Assembly (NCBI GenBank): GCA_902763185.1
Contig: CACWQT010000002.1
Span: 71,874 to 135,873 of the forward strand
DNA: 64,000 bases
Direction of reading: 5' to 3'
Origin: an uncultured Rhodospirillales bacterium
Lineage (GTDB): Bacteria > Pseudomonadota > Alphaproteobacteria > RF32 > CAG-239
How positions within the stretch are numbered: the stretch's first letter is position 1; each line of letters starts with the position of its first letter. This document shows, piece after piece, positions 46,628 through 56,247 of the stretch. Under the pieces are notes generated by a model. It ran no database searches and was not told where the DNA came from. It saw only the letters and a program-made list of their open reading frames with translations. The position numbers and the translations under genes were made by a program.

Positions 46628-47764
46628 ATGACAGAAAAACTAACATTACGCGAGTTTATAGATTTCGCTAAAACTATTGACTTTAATAACATCTCCTTAG
46701 AAAACCTTGTAAAATTTGAAGACGGCGTATCCCAATATCAAAATATCATCAAACCGGAAACGCTCGCCATCTTAAAAACAGGAATCGCCAACAAATATAC
46801 TGACTTTCAAAAAGAAAAAGGCGCCATAAGAGAAGATATCCATAAAATAAGAACCGAATACAAAAAACAAGATTGGGGCAAAAAAGATACACTGACGGCT
46901 GAAAATATAGTAAAGTTAGCTAAAAGACGAATAAATAGATGGGATCCTGACCATGGCTGGAAATTCCATTTAGACGTTGTGCCAAATCGCAACCACCCCA
47001 TAACCCAAAAAGTATCTGAATTTTTATTAGATTTAAACGTTGAACATAAAATAGCCTCCGGCGGAGAAAACGGCAAGGGCATGACCGTGTATGTCGGAAG
47101 TTACAAAGATACTTGCGATCTGGCCCACCTTATTCAAGAACGCTTTGGTCATGACATCTATGAGCCACCGGCATACACAGACCAAGTTGCCGAAGAACAC
47201 TCCTTTGAACCAACTGTTTACGGCAGGTTTGTTGCAGGTCGCATTGGTGATTATCCTTGGGATGGTATAGGAATCAGCCCTATTTATAACACTGCATATC
47301 GATTTAAAATGCCATTTGATAAAGCCCAACAAAAAGCTTTTGATTTGGGACTGATACATGATGCAGAAAAAACAGCATTTAGCGGCCATTTCTGGACAGC
47401 AAAAAAGTTCTATGAAACAGAACGTGACATCGTTTGGTTGCGCCACTACTGCTCGCATAAACTATACGCAGAAGCACTTGGCGAATATTATTGCGGTAAC
47501 AACATAGATGCTTTTGAAGATGCTTTTCTTAAAGATAAGTTACCCCCCAAAGGCACTGATCAACGCCAGAAATGGGATGAAGTTGCCAAAGTATTTATCA
47601 AAGAAAGCGAAGACTATACCTGGGGTGATACAAAAATCAAACTTTTTGATTTAATAAAAAGCTTCAAAGATGGATACATTCCGCTTAATTTGCATGAAAC
47701 GACGCCGACAAAAACCACCGAAATCAATCCGTTACTAATGGAAACACTGCAAAAAAAGAAATAA
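46628..47764 (+). CDS. Hypothetical protein (orphan; weak phosphothreonine-lyase-like motif pattern)
   Basis: 378 aa, soluble, with a strong promoter and RBS. The central stretch is GWKFHLDV-x23-EHKIASGGENGKGMTVYVGS. No secure family call is possible. Confidence 0.6.
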   Translation: MTEKLTLREFIDFAKTIDFNNISLENLVKFEDGVSQYQNIIKPETLAILKTGIANKYTDFQKEKGAIREDIHKIRTEYKKQDWGKKDTLTAENIVKLAKRRINRWDPDHGWKFHLDVVPNRNHPITQKVSEFLLDLNVEHKIASGGENGKGMTVYVGSYKDTCDLAHLIQERFGHDIYEPPAYTDQVAEEHSFEPTVYGRFVAGRIGDYPWDGIGISPIYNTAYRFKMPFDKAQQKAFDLGLIHDAEKTAFSGHFWTAKKFYETERDIVWLRHYCSHKLYAEALGEYYCGNNIDAFEDAFLKDKLPPKGTDQRQKWDEVAKVFIKESEDYTWGDTKIKLFDLIKSFKDGYIPLNLHETTPTKTTEINPLLMETLQKKK

Positions 47765-47768
47765 CTCC

Positions 47769-49121
47769 CTACATCCCCCCGCTATCGCGACCAAGATTAA
47801 CTTTAATCGGAGTATATTTTTCTTCTGTAGACTTGCTATTTTTGATTTCTTCCTTCATCTTTTGTTTGCGCGCCTCAATATTCTTTTTCTGTTCCTCATT
47901 ATATTCTTGGCGCTCTTCTTCAAGCCGTGCGGCATGGAATTGTTTAGCCTTCTCAAAAATCACTTCATCTTTGGCTTCCGGCTCTTTAACCACCGCCCTA
48001 AAGACTTTCAAAAATCCTTTAACCAAATCATCCGTGCTGATACTGTTTTTAGTCAAATCAATCCACCCTTTAAGTCCTTTATTGCTCAAGAAATCGGAAA
48101 AATCAATATAAAACCGTTTCGCCTTTTTGCGCTTTTTCGGTGCCATAATCCGCCGCAACTCCTCTGCAGTTGGCACACGCCCTAAGGCTTGCGCAATCTG
48201 ATCCGGTGTAATGATACATTCGCTTAAATCCAAATCCCAAATATTAACACCGGTAAAATCCATTCCTCTGAAATCAACACCTTTTAAATTGACTTGGCTC
48301 AAATCTATCCGCCTTAAGTCCAGAAGCGAAAGATTGATACGCGTCAAATTAAGCTTATGCGGATAATATATTGCCAAATACTCTACCAATGCCTGCAATT
48401 CTTCAATCGCCAGCTCATCCATCTTGATATCCATTAAGATGGCATCTTCAATATCAGCATCGCGTAAAATAACGCCTTCCATGTTGGCGCCGGTAAAGTT
48501 TGTGCCTTTCAATTTAGCTCCGGCAAAAATAGCATCGGTTAAATCAGCCCCTGATAAATCAGCGCCGGATAAGTCTGCACCGGTAAAGTCCGCACCATTT
48601 AAATGGGCATTTTGGAAATTGGCATCTTGTAAATTTGCCGCCGAAAAATCTTTATTGGCTAAATCTTGTCCGGCATAATTCATCCCTGATAAATCTTGTC
48701 CGGCATGATAATCAGATGAATCAAGACCGTTTCTGCGCCCGTTTAGATTATCAATTTGGTTAATCTCGCTGGAAATCGCTCGCCACGAATGTGAAAACTC
48801 ATAAAGCTTAGCCTCTATCTCACCCTCTACAACATTACCGCCTAATGCAAGCTCCAATTCCTGTTGCATCATATCACGAGCTTCGCCTAACTTCGCATAA
48901 TAATCGCGAAGCTTCTCCATTCGCGCGGAATATTTTTTCGGTGGTGTTTGAGGAATGACCGTCGGTGCCCCTGATGCTCCGTCATCATCACTATCATCTG
49001 CAGGTTTCAACGGGGCTTTGGTTTCGTCTTCTTCATCTTTTTCCAAAAGTTCTGTTGCCGGCGTAAAACTGAAATTTGCCAGATCATCAAGATTTATATT
49101 CGGTTTCTTAAAATCATCCAT
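47769..49121 (-). CDS. Pentapeptide-repeat protein with an acidic N-terminal region and a basic patch
   Basis: 450 aa. Two pentapeptide blocks are present (ANLQDANFQNAHLNGADFTGADLSGADLSGADLTDAIFAGAKLKGTNFTGANMEGVILRDADIEDA, and NLTRINLSLLDLRRIDLSQVNLKGVDFRGMDFTGVNIWDLDLSEC). They are followed by APKKRKKAKR. Confidence 0.85.
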   Translation of the reverse strand: MDDFKKPNINLDDLANFSFTPATELLEKDEEDETKAPLKPADDSDDDGASGAPTVIPQTPPKKYSARMEKLRDYYAKLGEARDMMQQELELALGGNVVEGEIEAKLYEFSHSWRAISSEINQIDNLNGRRNGLDSSDYHAGQDLSGMNYAGQDLANKDFSAANLQDANFQNAHLNGADFTGADLSGADLSGADLTDAIFAGAKLKGTNFTGANMEGVILRDADIEDAILMDIKMDELAIEELQALVEYLAIYYPHKLNLTRINLSLLDLRRIDLSQVNLKGVDFRGMDFTGVNIWDLDLSECIITPDQIAQALGRVPTAEELRRIMAPKKRKKAKRFYIDFSDFLSNKGLKGWIDLTKNSISTDDLVKGFLKVFRAVVKEPEAKDEVIFEKAKQFHAARLEEERQEYNEEQKKNIEARKQKMKEEIKNSKSTEEKYTPIKVNLGRDSGGM

Positions 49122-49176
49122 TGGCTAAAACCTTTATCATAAAACAAACGCATTATACACCACTTTTTCTTAAAAC

Positions 49177-50448
49177 TCAAGCCTCTAATGTATCGCTACC
49201 GTAATTTATCTTTTTCTTATACAAAAACCAACAAAGTCCAAACCCCGGCAGAGCTAATAAAGAACTGATTAAGAAAAATATCGGCCACGAAGTTGCCTCT
49301 AAAACAAAGCCGGCGCTGGTTGAAAATACATCACGCGCCACACCGGTCAATGATGAAAGAAGCGCATATTGGGTTGCGGTATACTTTTTATCACATAACA
49401 CTGACATAAAAGCAATAATCGCGGTCGTGGCAATACCCGAAGAGAGATTTTCTAAAGAAATCGTTGCAATCAAAGCCCAAACGCTATGCCCGATAAAGCA
49501 AAGCGGAATATAAAGTGCCGTTGTGACGCCCTGCACAATGGAAAATACCAGCATTCCACGCATCAACCCCATTTTTGCCAACAAGCAACCGCCCCATAAA
49601 CCGCCGATAATCGTAGCGCCCATACCGTATAGCTTGGTGATATAAGCAATTTCTCCTTTGCTAAATCCCATTTCGGCATAAAAAGGATATGCCATTAATC
49701 CGAAATATGAATCGCTTAACCGATAAAAGAACACCAACAACAACGCTACCAACCAATATGGCTTTTGCATAAATTGCACAAACGGCGCGATAATTGCCCG
49801 ATACACCAGACCGCGCTCATGTTTCTCTTTAACTATTGGATTCTCTTTCGGTTCATGTGCCAGCAACACGGCAACAATGCCGACCAACACAAACAACGAA
49901 CATAGCAAATAAACCGTATTCCACGAAATATATGCGGCAAGCCCGATAGCACCGGCACTGGATATAATCAAACCCAACCGATAGCCCAAGATATACATCG
50001 CAGCCCCCGCAACCTCCTGTTCATCATCTTTACTGCACAATTCCACACGAAACGCATCTAAAACAATATCTTGCGTTGCCGAGAACAAACTGATAAACCC
50101 TGCAGCCAACGCCATTGGCAATATCGAACCTTCAGGAGATAAGCGTGATATTGCCAAAATACTGAGCATTAAACCCACTTGTGAAAAGATTGCCCAGCTC
50201 CGCCTTTTACCTAATTTCCACAAAATCGGCAACTTGACAGCATCAACTGCCGGCGCCCACAGCCATTTGAAAGAATACGGCAACCTCACCAAAGCAAACG
50301 CCCCTATGGCACTATAAGCAATGTTATAATCATTAAGCCACAGCGACAATGTGCTGATAACAAGCGCTAACGGCAAACCGCTGGAAAATCCCATCATTGT
50401 AACCAATAGGATTCTTTTAGAAAAATACATCGCTAAATTTTTATTCAT
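49177..50448 (-). CDS. ampG: AmpG-family MFS permease (muropeptide permease-like)
   Basis: 423 aa. MGFSSGLPLALVISTLSLWL and FKWLWAP are typical of AmpG. The protein has 12+ TM. Confidence 0.75.
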   Translation of the reverse strand: MNKNLAMYFSKRILLVTMMGFSSGLPLALVISTLSLWLNDYNIAYSAIGAFALVRLPYSFKWLWAPAVDAVKLPILWKLGKRRSWAIFSQVGLMLSILAISRLSPEGSILPMALAAGFISLFSATQDIVLDAFRVELCSKDDEQEVAGAAMYILGYRLGLIISSAGAIGLAAYISWNTVYLLCSLFVLVGIVAVLLAHEPKENPIVKEKHERGLVYRAIIAPFVQFMQKPYWLVALLLVFFYRLSDSYFGLMAYPFYAEMGFSKGEIAYITKLYGMGATIIGGLWGGCLLAKMGLMRGMLVFSIVQGVTTALYIPLCFIGHSVWALIATISLENLSSGIATTAIIAFMSVLCDKKYTATQYALLSSLTGVARDVFSTSAGFVLEATSWPIFFLISSLLALPGFGLCWFLYKKKINYGSDTLEA

Positions 50449-51409
50449 CGTCCAAATTCACCTTATCTTCAACGATATAAAGCGGTCTGTTTTTTACTTC
50501 CACAAAAATCCGCCCGATATATTCGCCGATAATACCCAAAATAATCATCTGGATACCACCTAAAACCAAAATAAATACCAAGAGAGAGGCATAACCGGGA
50601 ACATCCACGCCCTTAATAAACGTCCGCGCAATGATATAAAAGGCATAGAGCATACCTGACGTCGCCAACAACGTTCCGAGATAGCTCCAAATCCTTAACG
50701 GCAATGTTGTAGATGCGGTAATACCGTCAAGCGCAAAATTCCATAATTTCCAATAATTCCACTTGCTTTCGCCGGCTGCCCGTTTTTGCCGCCTATATTT
50801 AATGCCTGTTGTCTTAAACCCTGTCCACCCGAATACACCTTTCATAAAAATATTTTTTTCTTTTAAGGTCAAAATGGCATTGATCACTTTGCGGTCAAGC
50901 AACCGATAATCCCCCGCATTATAAGGTATTGGCGACCGCGTCATCAAATTATAAATCTTATAAAAGAGCTTGGCTGTTGTCCTTTTAAGAAAAGTATCGC
51001 TGTTTCGGTCACTCCTGATACCATAAACCATATCATACCCTTCTTCCCACTTTTTAACAAACTGCAAGATAAGCTCCGGCGGATCTTGTAAATCCACATC
51101 CATCGGTATGGCCGCACGCCCTTTACAATATTTAAGGCCTGCCATCATACCGTATTCTTTACCGAAATTGCGTGAAAACTTAATCACCTTAATATTTTTA
51201 TTTTTCTTGGCATACTGACTTAAAATCTTATACGAGCCGTCTGTTGAACCGTCATCCACACACAGGATTTCATAGCTGTAAGAACTGATTTTTTCCAAAG
51301 TTTCCAAAAGCTTTGTAAAAAACAGCTTTAACCCGTCTTCCTCATTATAAACCGACACAAGGATAGATAAATCAGGATTTTTTTTAACCGCAGTCGTTTT
51401 CTTTTCCAT
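50441..51409 (-). CDS. GT2 polyisoprenyl-phosphate glycosyltransferase (GtrB/ArnC-like)
   Basis: 322 aa. LSILVSVYNEE, DDGSTDGS, DVDLQDPPE, two C-terminal TM helices, and GIIGEYIGRIFVEVKNRPLYIV. Confidence 0.85.
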   Translation of the reverse strand: MEKKTTAVKKNPDLSILVSVYNEEDGLKLFFTKLLETLEKISSYSYEILCVDDGSTDGSYKILSQYAKKNKNIKVIKFSRNFGKEYGMMAGLKYCKGRAAIPMDVDLQDPPELILQFVKKWEEGYDMVYGIRSDRNSDTFLKRTTAKLFYKIYNLMTRSPIPYNAGDYRLLDRKVINAILTLKEKNIFMKGVFGWTGFKTTGIKYRRQKRAAGESKWNYWKLWNFALDGITASTTLPLRIWSYLGTLLATSGMLYAFYIIARTFIKGVDVPGYASLLVFILVLGGIQMIILGIIGEYIGRIFVEVKNRPLYIVEDKVNLDDE

Positions 51410-51544
51410 CAGCGCACTCTCTAAAAAATAACAAGCTCAAGAACATATTGATATATTTTATTATAAAACGCAATTTATTTGCCCTTTATTAACAGATTTA
51501 AGATTACACTCTAATTATTAAATTTTGATGTAAAGGAAAAAATA

Positions 51545-53116
51545 ATGTCGTTTATACGCTCTATCGCAACCTTTGGCGGCTTTACCATGATAAGCCGCAT
51601 CACCGGATTCTTACGCGATATGCTGATTGCCAATTTTTTGGGTGCAGGTAATGTCTCTGATGCTTTTTTGGTTTCTTTTAAATTGCCGAATTTGTTTCGC
51701 AGCTTATTTGCCGAAGGAGCTTTTACCTCAGCCTTTGTCCCGCTCTTTTCATCAAAGCTCGTTGCCTCAGGACGAGATGAGTCCGTTCGCTTTGCCGCAA
51801 AAGCAATCTCTTTATTAACCTTTATCCTAATCATATTTATCATTCTTTTTGAAATCTTCATGCCGGCTGTGGTCACCATACTGGCTCCGGGGTTTACAAA
51901 AAACGTTGAAAAAATGAATTTAACCATAGAGCTTTGCCGGATTACCTTTCCTTTTTTGCTGTTCATTTCAATCGTATCCTTTCAAGCCGGTATCCTAAAC
52001 TCTTTTGACCGCTTTGCCGCTCCTGCCGCCACTCCGATTATCTTAAATCTTGGTATTATTTTATCAGGGCTTATTTCCGTTTTATGCTTAGATATGCCGG
52101 TTTATGGTCTTTCTTGGGGTATCACGCTTTCGGGAATTGCCGAAGTCTTTTGGCTCAAATATTTCCTAAACAAAGATGACGTGCGAATTGTTCCTGATTT
52201 ACATGTCATAAAATTGATGAAAGACAAAGAAATTAAGACTTTATTCAAACGAATTGCCCCCGGTGTTGTAGGTGCCGGTATTTACCAAATCAATATGGTC
52301 GTTGACATGGTTCTTGTATCACTTGTTTCAAGCGGTGCCGTATCATGGTTATATTATGCCAACCGCCTCCAACAACTGCCTCTGGGCGTCATCGGCGCCG
52401 CCATCAGCGTTGCGCTTTTACCTTTGCTGTCTAAAAAGCTCAAAGCCGGTGACAAAAAAGACGCCAAAGATACTCAAGATAAGGCCGTAATTTATGGTCT
52501 GATGATGTCTTTACCTGCCGCAGTCATTTTTATCTGTCTTGCCGATTCGCTGGTGGAACTTCTGTTTGAGCATGGTAAATTTATTGCCTCTGATACCGTA
52601 AAAACGGCCAATGCGCTCAAGGCTTATGCTATCGGACTTCCCTGCTATGTGATGGTCAAAGCCTTAATGCCTAATTTCTTTGCCCGAGGCGATACCGTAA
52701 CGCCGGTTAAATACAGCGCAGTTGTTTTCGTTGCCAACTTTACCATGAACCTCTTATTGATGAAGCCTTTTGGACACGTTGGTATTGCCATGGCAACAAC
52801 CGTTGCGGCCTTTGTATCACTCTATCAATATATCCACGGATTAAAAAAACGTGATTATTGGCAAATCTCTAAAGAATTAAAACAAACCATCTTAAAAATC
52901 GCCTTATGCAGTGCCATCACCGGCTTAATGCTCATCATTGTAGAATTATGCCTAAATACCGTTTTCCCGCCAAAGCATTTGGGCTACCTGTTCTTAAAGT
53001 TATCCGTTATCGGCATAATAGGACTTGCAACTTTTTTGATTTCAGCTAAAATGTGCCATGTATTGGATATCACAGCCGTGATAAAAAGTTTACTGGCACG
53101 GAGAAAAAGGGCATGA
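51545..53116 (+). CDS. murJ: Lipid II flippase MurJ
   Basis: 523 aa. ISRITGFLRDMLIANFLGAGNVSDAFLVSFKLPNLFRSLFAEGAFTSAFVPLF and 14 TM. Confidence 0.9.
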   Translation: MSFIRSIATFGGFTMISRITGFLRDMLIANFLGAGNVSDAFLVSFKLPNLFRSLFAEGAFTSAFVPLFSSKLVASGRDESVRFAAKAISLLTFILIIFIILFEIFMPAVVTILAPGFTKNVEKMNLTIELCRITFPFLLFISIVSFQAGILNSFDRFAAPAATPIILNLGIILSGLISVLCLDMPVYGLSWGITLSGIAEVFWLKYFLNKDDVRIVPDLHVIKLMKDKEIKTLFKRIAPGVVGAGIYQINMVVDMVLVSLVSSGAVSWLYYANRLQQLPLGVIGAAISVALLPLLSKKLKAGDKKDAKDTQDKAVIYGLMMSLPAAVIFICLADSLVELLFEHGKFIASDTVKTANALKAYAIGLPCYVMVKALMPNFFARGDTVTPVKYSAVVFVANFTMNLLLMKPFGHVGIAMATTVAAFVSLYQYIHGLKKRDYWQISKELKQTILKIALCSAITGLMLIIVELCLNTVFPPKHLGYLFLKLSVIGIIGLATFLISAKMCHVLDITAVIKSLLARRKRA

Positions 53117-54171
53117 CACATCCTCTCTTAACCAAGCTGAAAATTACCGTTAAGCGTATCTTAGGACGGTGCGTATATAATTGGGTTTATCTCAAAAAAC
53201 AAATTCAAAAAGCATTAGATATGCCTAATGGCAAGTTGTTTTCTAAAAAGACTGGAAACAATCTCGTCACCCTTGCTTTTAAACGCTGGAAATCATGTTC
53301 ATTTATCATCATTTGCCTTTTAGGCACATATTACGGTATTGGAGCTTTTGTCAGTTCACGCATAGACACTCGCCTTAATTTAGAGGTCAAAACATCAACA
53401 CCTGAAACACACGCCTTATCTGCATTAGGCTTTGTTTTAAGAGCCCAAATTGACAACGCCCCGTGGACACCGGCACTACCTGCCATTTTTCCGGCAGCAG
53501 TTTTGGATAATCTGCCGAATTTTCAAATCGGCGCCAAAGATGCTATTGCCTACTTCATCAAATATTACGCCCAAAGCTACCAAAATAAGCATTTGCAAAA
53601 AGCCCGAGAATTATTAAATTATCCGGAAGATATTTGGCTCTTTTCACAAACCAAGGAAGATTCTTTTGCCCCCGGCTCTGCCAAGCAATACTTAAAAGCG
53701 CTTGCCGAAATAGAAACTTTCATTAACAAAGATGCTTTATTACAACAGGCAAACAAGCCTCTGCTATCTGAGCTGATAAAAGGTGTTGATAAGCTCTTAA
53801 GTGACCAAATATCCGACATAAACGGCTATACGCGTGAGCACACATCCGAATATTTAGATTTTGAGGCTGATAATTTATTCTATAAAATCCAAGGCTCAAC
53901 TTATGTAATCCATTATTTACTGACCGGAATTATCAAAGACTATCAGTCAGAAATTGTTGATATGGAACAATACGAAAATATAACTACGGCTCTAAAATTT
54001 TTATCAGATGCCGTCAAACTCAACCCGTTTAGGGTAAAATCCACCGCGCTAAATGACAGCTACGGTGCCAATCATTTAATTTATTTAGCATATTATTTAT
54101 TGCAGGCCGAAATCTATATCAAAGATATGCACCATACGCTGGATCTGAATAGAAAGGAGATAACACCATGA
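53113..54171 (+). CDS. Membrane-anchored hypothetical protein (possibly DUF2333-like)
   Basis: The ATG overlaps the murJ stop (ATGA). It has one TM (CSFIIICLLGTYYGIGAFV) followed by a ~280-aa soluble domain. The family guess is weak. Confidence 0.5.
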   Translation: MTHPLLTKLKITVKRILGRCVYNWVYLKKQIQKALDMPNGKLFSKKTGNNLVTLAFKRWKSCSFIIICLLGTYYGIGAFVSSRIDTRLNLEVKTSTPETHALSALGFVLRAQIDNAPWTPALPAIFPAAVLDNLPNFQIGAKDAIAYFIKYYAQSYQNKHLQKARELLNYPEDIWLFSQTKEDSFAPGSAKQYLKALAEIETFINKDALLQQANKPLLSELIKGVDKLLSDQISDINGYTREHTSEYLDFEADNLFYKIQGSTYVIHYLLTGIIKDYQSEIVDMEQYENITTALKFLSDAVKLNPFRVKSTALNDSYGANHLIYLAYYLLQAEIYIKDMHHTLDLNRKEITP

Positions 54172-54665
54172 AGTTGGAACAAAAAAAATTGAGTAATACC
54201 GAACTTATGTTGTATCCGCCGCTTCCGCTACCGCTTATCGGCACATTTTACCAAGACGAACATCCTTTAATTAAAAATATTTCAGATAGCGGCTTAGCTA
54301 AAGAAGTGCTATTAACCACAGACTTTTTATACATTCAAAGCGATTCTCCTGAGCATTTAAAAGATTTAGAAATGCTATCCATTGCTGAGTTAGATGATTA
54401 TATAACAGCCGATAAAAAAGAAGAAATCGCCCCCTTAAGCAACATAACCAATAAATTAAATTTAATCTTATACCTTGTCGTCGCACCCATGTTACAACGA
54501 GATGGCGGCAATATTGCCTTGCAATCTTATGTAAACGGAACGGTTAATGTTCGCTTTTTGGGTAAATGCCAAGGTTGCCCTTATGCTAACAGAACTTTGG
54601 AAAACCATGTCAAAACCAATCTGATGCGCTATTTACCACAAGTAAAAGAGGTCGTATTGGTATGA
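54168..54665 (+). CDS. NifU/Nfu-type Fe-S cluster assembly protein
   Basis: The C-terminal Nfu domain is VAPMLQRDGGNIALQSYVNGTVNVRFLGKCQGCPYANRTLENHV, with a CxxC motif. Confidence 0.75.
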   Translation: MKLEQKKLSNTELMLYPPLPLPLIGTFYQDEHPLIKNISDSGLAKEVLLTTDFLYIQSDSPEHLKDLEMLSIAELDDYITADKKEEIAPLSNITNKLNLILYLVVAPMLQRDGGNIALQSYVNGTVNVRFLGKCQGCPYANRTLENHVKTNLMRYLPQVKEVVLV

Positions 54666-55558
54666 TAAAACGTTGCTTATTCGTAATCTTATTTCTGTTT
54701 TGCACGATTTCCACTGCTTTTGCAGAAATAAAAATGCGTGAATTTAACGGTGTTATTTATGTTGAAGAAACAACGGTTTCAGAGCTTGAAGACCTTTTTG
54801 AAAAACATAATTATCGTCGTTTTTTAGCCCTAAAAAATCGCGAATTTCCGGCTATCCTTATTAAAAAAATGCCGACGGATTTTTTAGAAATAAAATCTCA
54901 AAAATATCGCAATGAGCTGTTTATTCGTATGCTCACCCCGCTGGCCATTAAAGTCAACGAAGAACTTTACAACGAGCGCCAAAGTCTGTTAAGATTAGAA
55001 AGACGTTTCAACAAAGATCAGAAACTCTCAGAAGATGATATCAAAAAATTAGATGAATTAAGCATGAAATACGATTATTTTACCAGACGCAAAGGAGTTG
55101 ACCGCATCAGACTTCAACTTGAACAGCTGAAATTACGGATAAACACCATTCCACCGTCACTAATGGTGGCTATTGCTGCCATGGAAAGTGATTGGGGCTT
55201 TTCACGCGTTGCCAATGAAGCAAATTCTTTATATAAAGAAAAAGTATGGTTCACCGATGAAGGATTAGAACCTCTGGAAAATAAAGACGACGGCTACCGA
55301 TTTAAGATTTTTGACAGCCTTATTGACAGTATGCGAAGCTATGCACATACTTTTAACTCAAATATAAATTATCAATATGTCTGGCAAACCCGTGCCGATG
55401 CCGAAAAGAGGCTCCCTTATATGGTTGGTGAAAGCATGGCATACACATTATCCCTTGCTTCCAACCTTCCCAATTATGTCGGCATCCTAGATTATACCAC
55501 CGCTTTTTATGATTTTATGCATCTGGACAATGGCAAATTAAAAAGGATAAAAAAATGA
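54662..55558 (+). CDS. Glucosaminidase-domain protein (Bax/FlgJ-like peptidoglycan hydrolase)
   Basis: It has a signal peptide. IPPSLMVAIAAMESDWGFSRVANEANSLY resembles the mannosyl-glycoprotein endo-beta-N-acetylglucosaminidase core. Confidence 0.7.
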   Translation: MIKRCLFVILFLFCTISTAFAEIKMREFNGVIYVEETTVSELEDLFEKHNYRRFLALKNREFPAILIKKMPTDFLEIKSQKYRNELFIRMLTPLAIKVNEELYNERQSLLRLERRFNKDQKLSEDDIKKLDELSMKYDYFTRRKGVDRIRLQLEQLKLRINTIPPSLMVAIAAMESDWGFSRVANEANSLYKEKVWFTDEGLEPLENKDDGYRFKIFDSLIDSMRSYAHTFNSNINYQYVWQTRADAEKRLPYMVGESMAYTLSLASNLPNYVGILDYTTAFYDFMHLDNGKLKRIKK

Positions 55559-56238
55559 CCGTTCGCATTATTCCTATTTTTTGTAACGAAAAAAATATGG
55601 CAAATTATGCCTACATCCTCACAACGCCCAACACGACCATCATCATAGACGCCGCTGAAGCAACCCCGATTATAAACGAACTTGAAAAACAAAACCTTGC
55701 CCCCACTCACATTTTGACCACACACCACCATTATGATCACGTCGGGGGAAACGTTGCACTAAAACAAAAATATAACCTAAAAATAGTTGCTCCGGCTAAA
55801 GAATTTTCCAAAGTTCCGGCAGCAGATATTAAGGCAGAAGAAAGCATACCCTTAACTATCGGCGATTTGACTTTTGATGTAATCGCCGCCCCCGGACACA
55901 CATTAGGACACGTTCTTTATTATCTCAAATCAGAAAATATGCTTTTCACCGGAGATGTTTTATTTAATCTCTGTGTCGGCGGCTTATTTGAAGGAACAAT
56001 TGACCAAATGGCAAAAAGTTTGGAAAAAATAAAAGCTCTACCGAACACGACCCTTATCTTCCCCGGTCACGAATACACAAGAGCTGCGCTTACACCAAAC
56101 CTTATTTCAAATCCGAATTTTGCCCCCTATCTTGAAAAAATGCTCAAGCGTGAAAAAGGCGAATTAGCCCCCACCACGCTTGGCGAAGAAAAACAATTTA
56201 ATCCATATCTGACTTCAGATAATCTCAAAGGCTTATAG
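55555..56238 (+). CDS. gloB: Hydroxyacylglutathione hydrolase (glyoxalase II)
   Basis: It has the MBL motif TTHHHYDHVGGN, APGHTLGHV and FPGHEYT. The true start may be the MANYAYIL Met at 55597. Confidence 0.85.
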   Translation: MTVRIIPIFCNEKNMANYAYILTTPNTTIIIDAAEATPIINELEKQNLAPTHILTTHHHYDHVGGNVALKQKYNLKIVAPAKEFSKVPAADIKAEESIPLTIGDLTFDVIAAPGHTLGHVLYYLKSENMLFTGDVLFNLCVGGLFEGTIDQMAKSLEKIKALPNTTLIFPGHEYTRAALTPNLISNPNFAPYLEKMLKREKGELAPTTLGEEKQFNPYLTSDNLKGL

Positions 56239-56247
56239 GAGTCTGTC

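Noticed and set aside
51511-51966. A 151-aa reverse-strand ORF overlapping the 5' end of murJ.
   Set aside because: It is antisense to a very well supported MurJ N-terminus, its product is basic and low-complexity, and it has no independent signals.
53053-53112. The upstream extension of the 53113 ORF inside murJ.
   Set aside because: It lies within the murJ coding region. The ATG at 53113 forms an ATGA stop/start overlap with murJ, which is the usual coupling arrangement.
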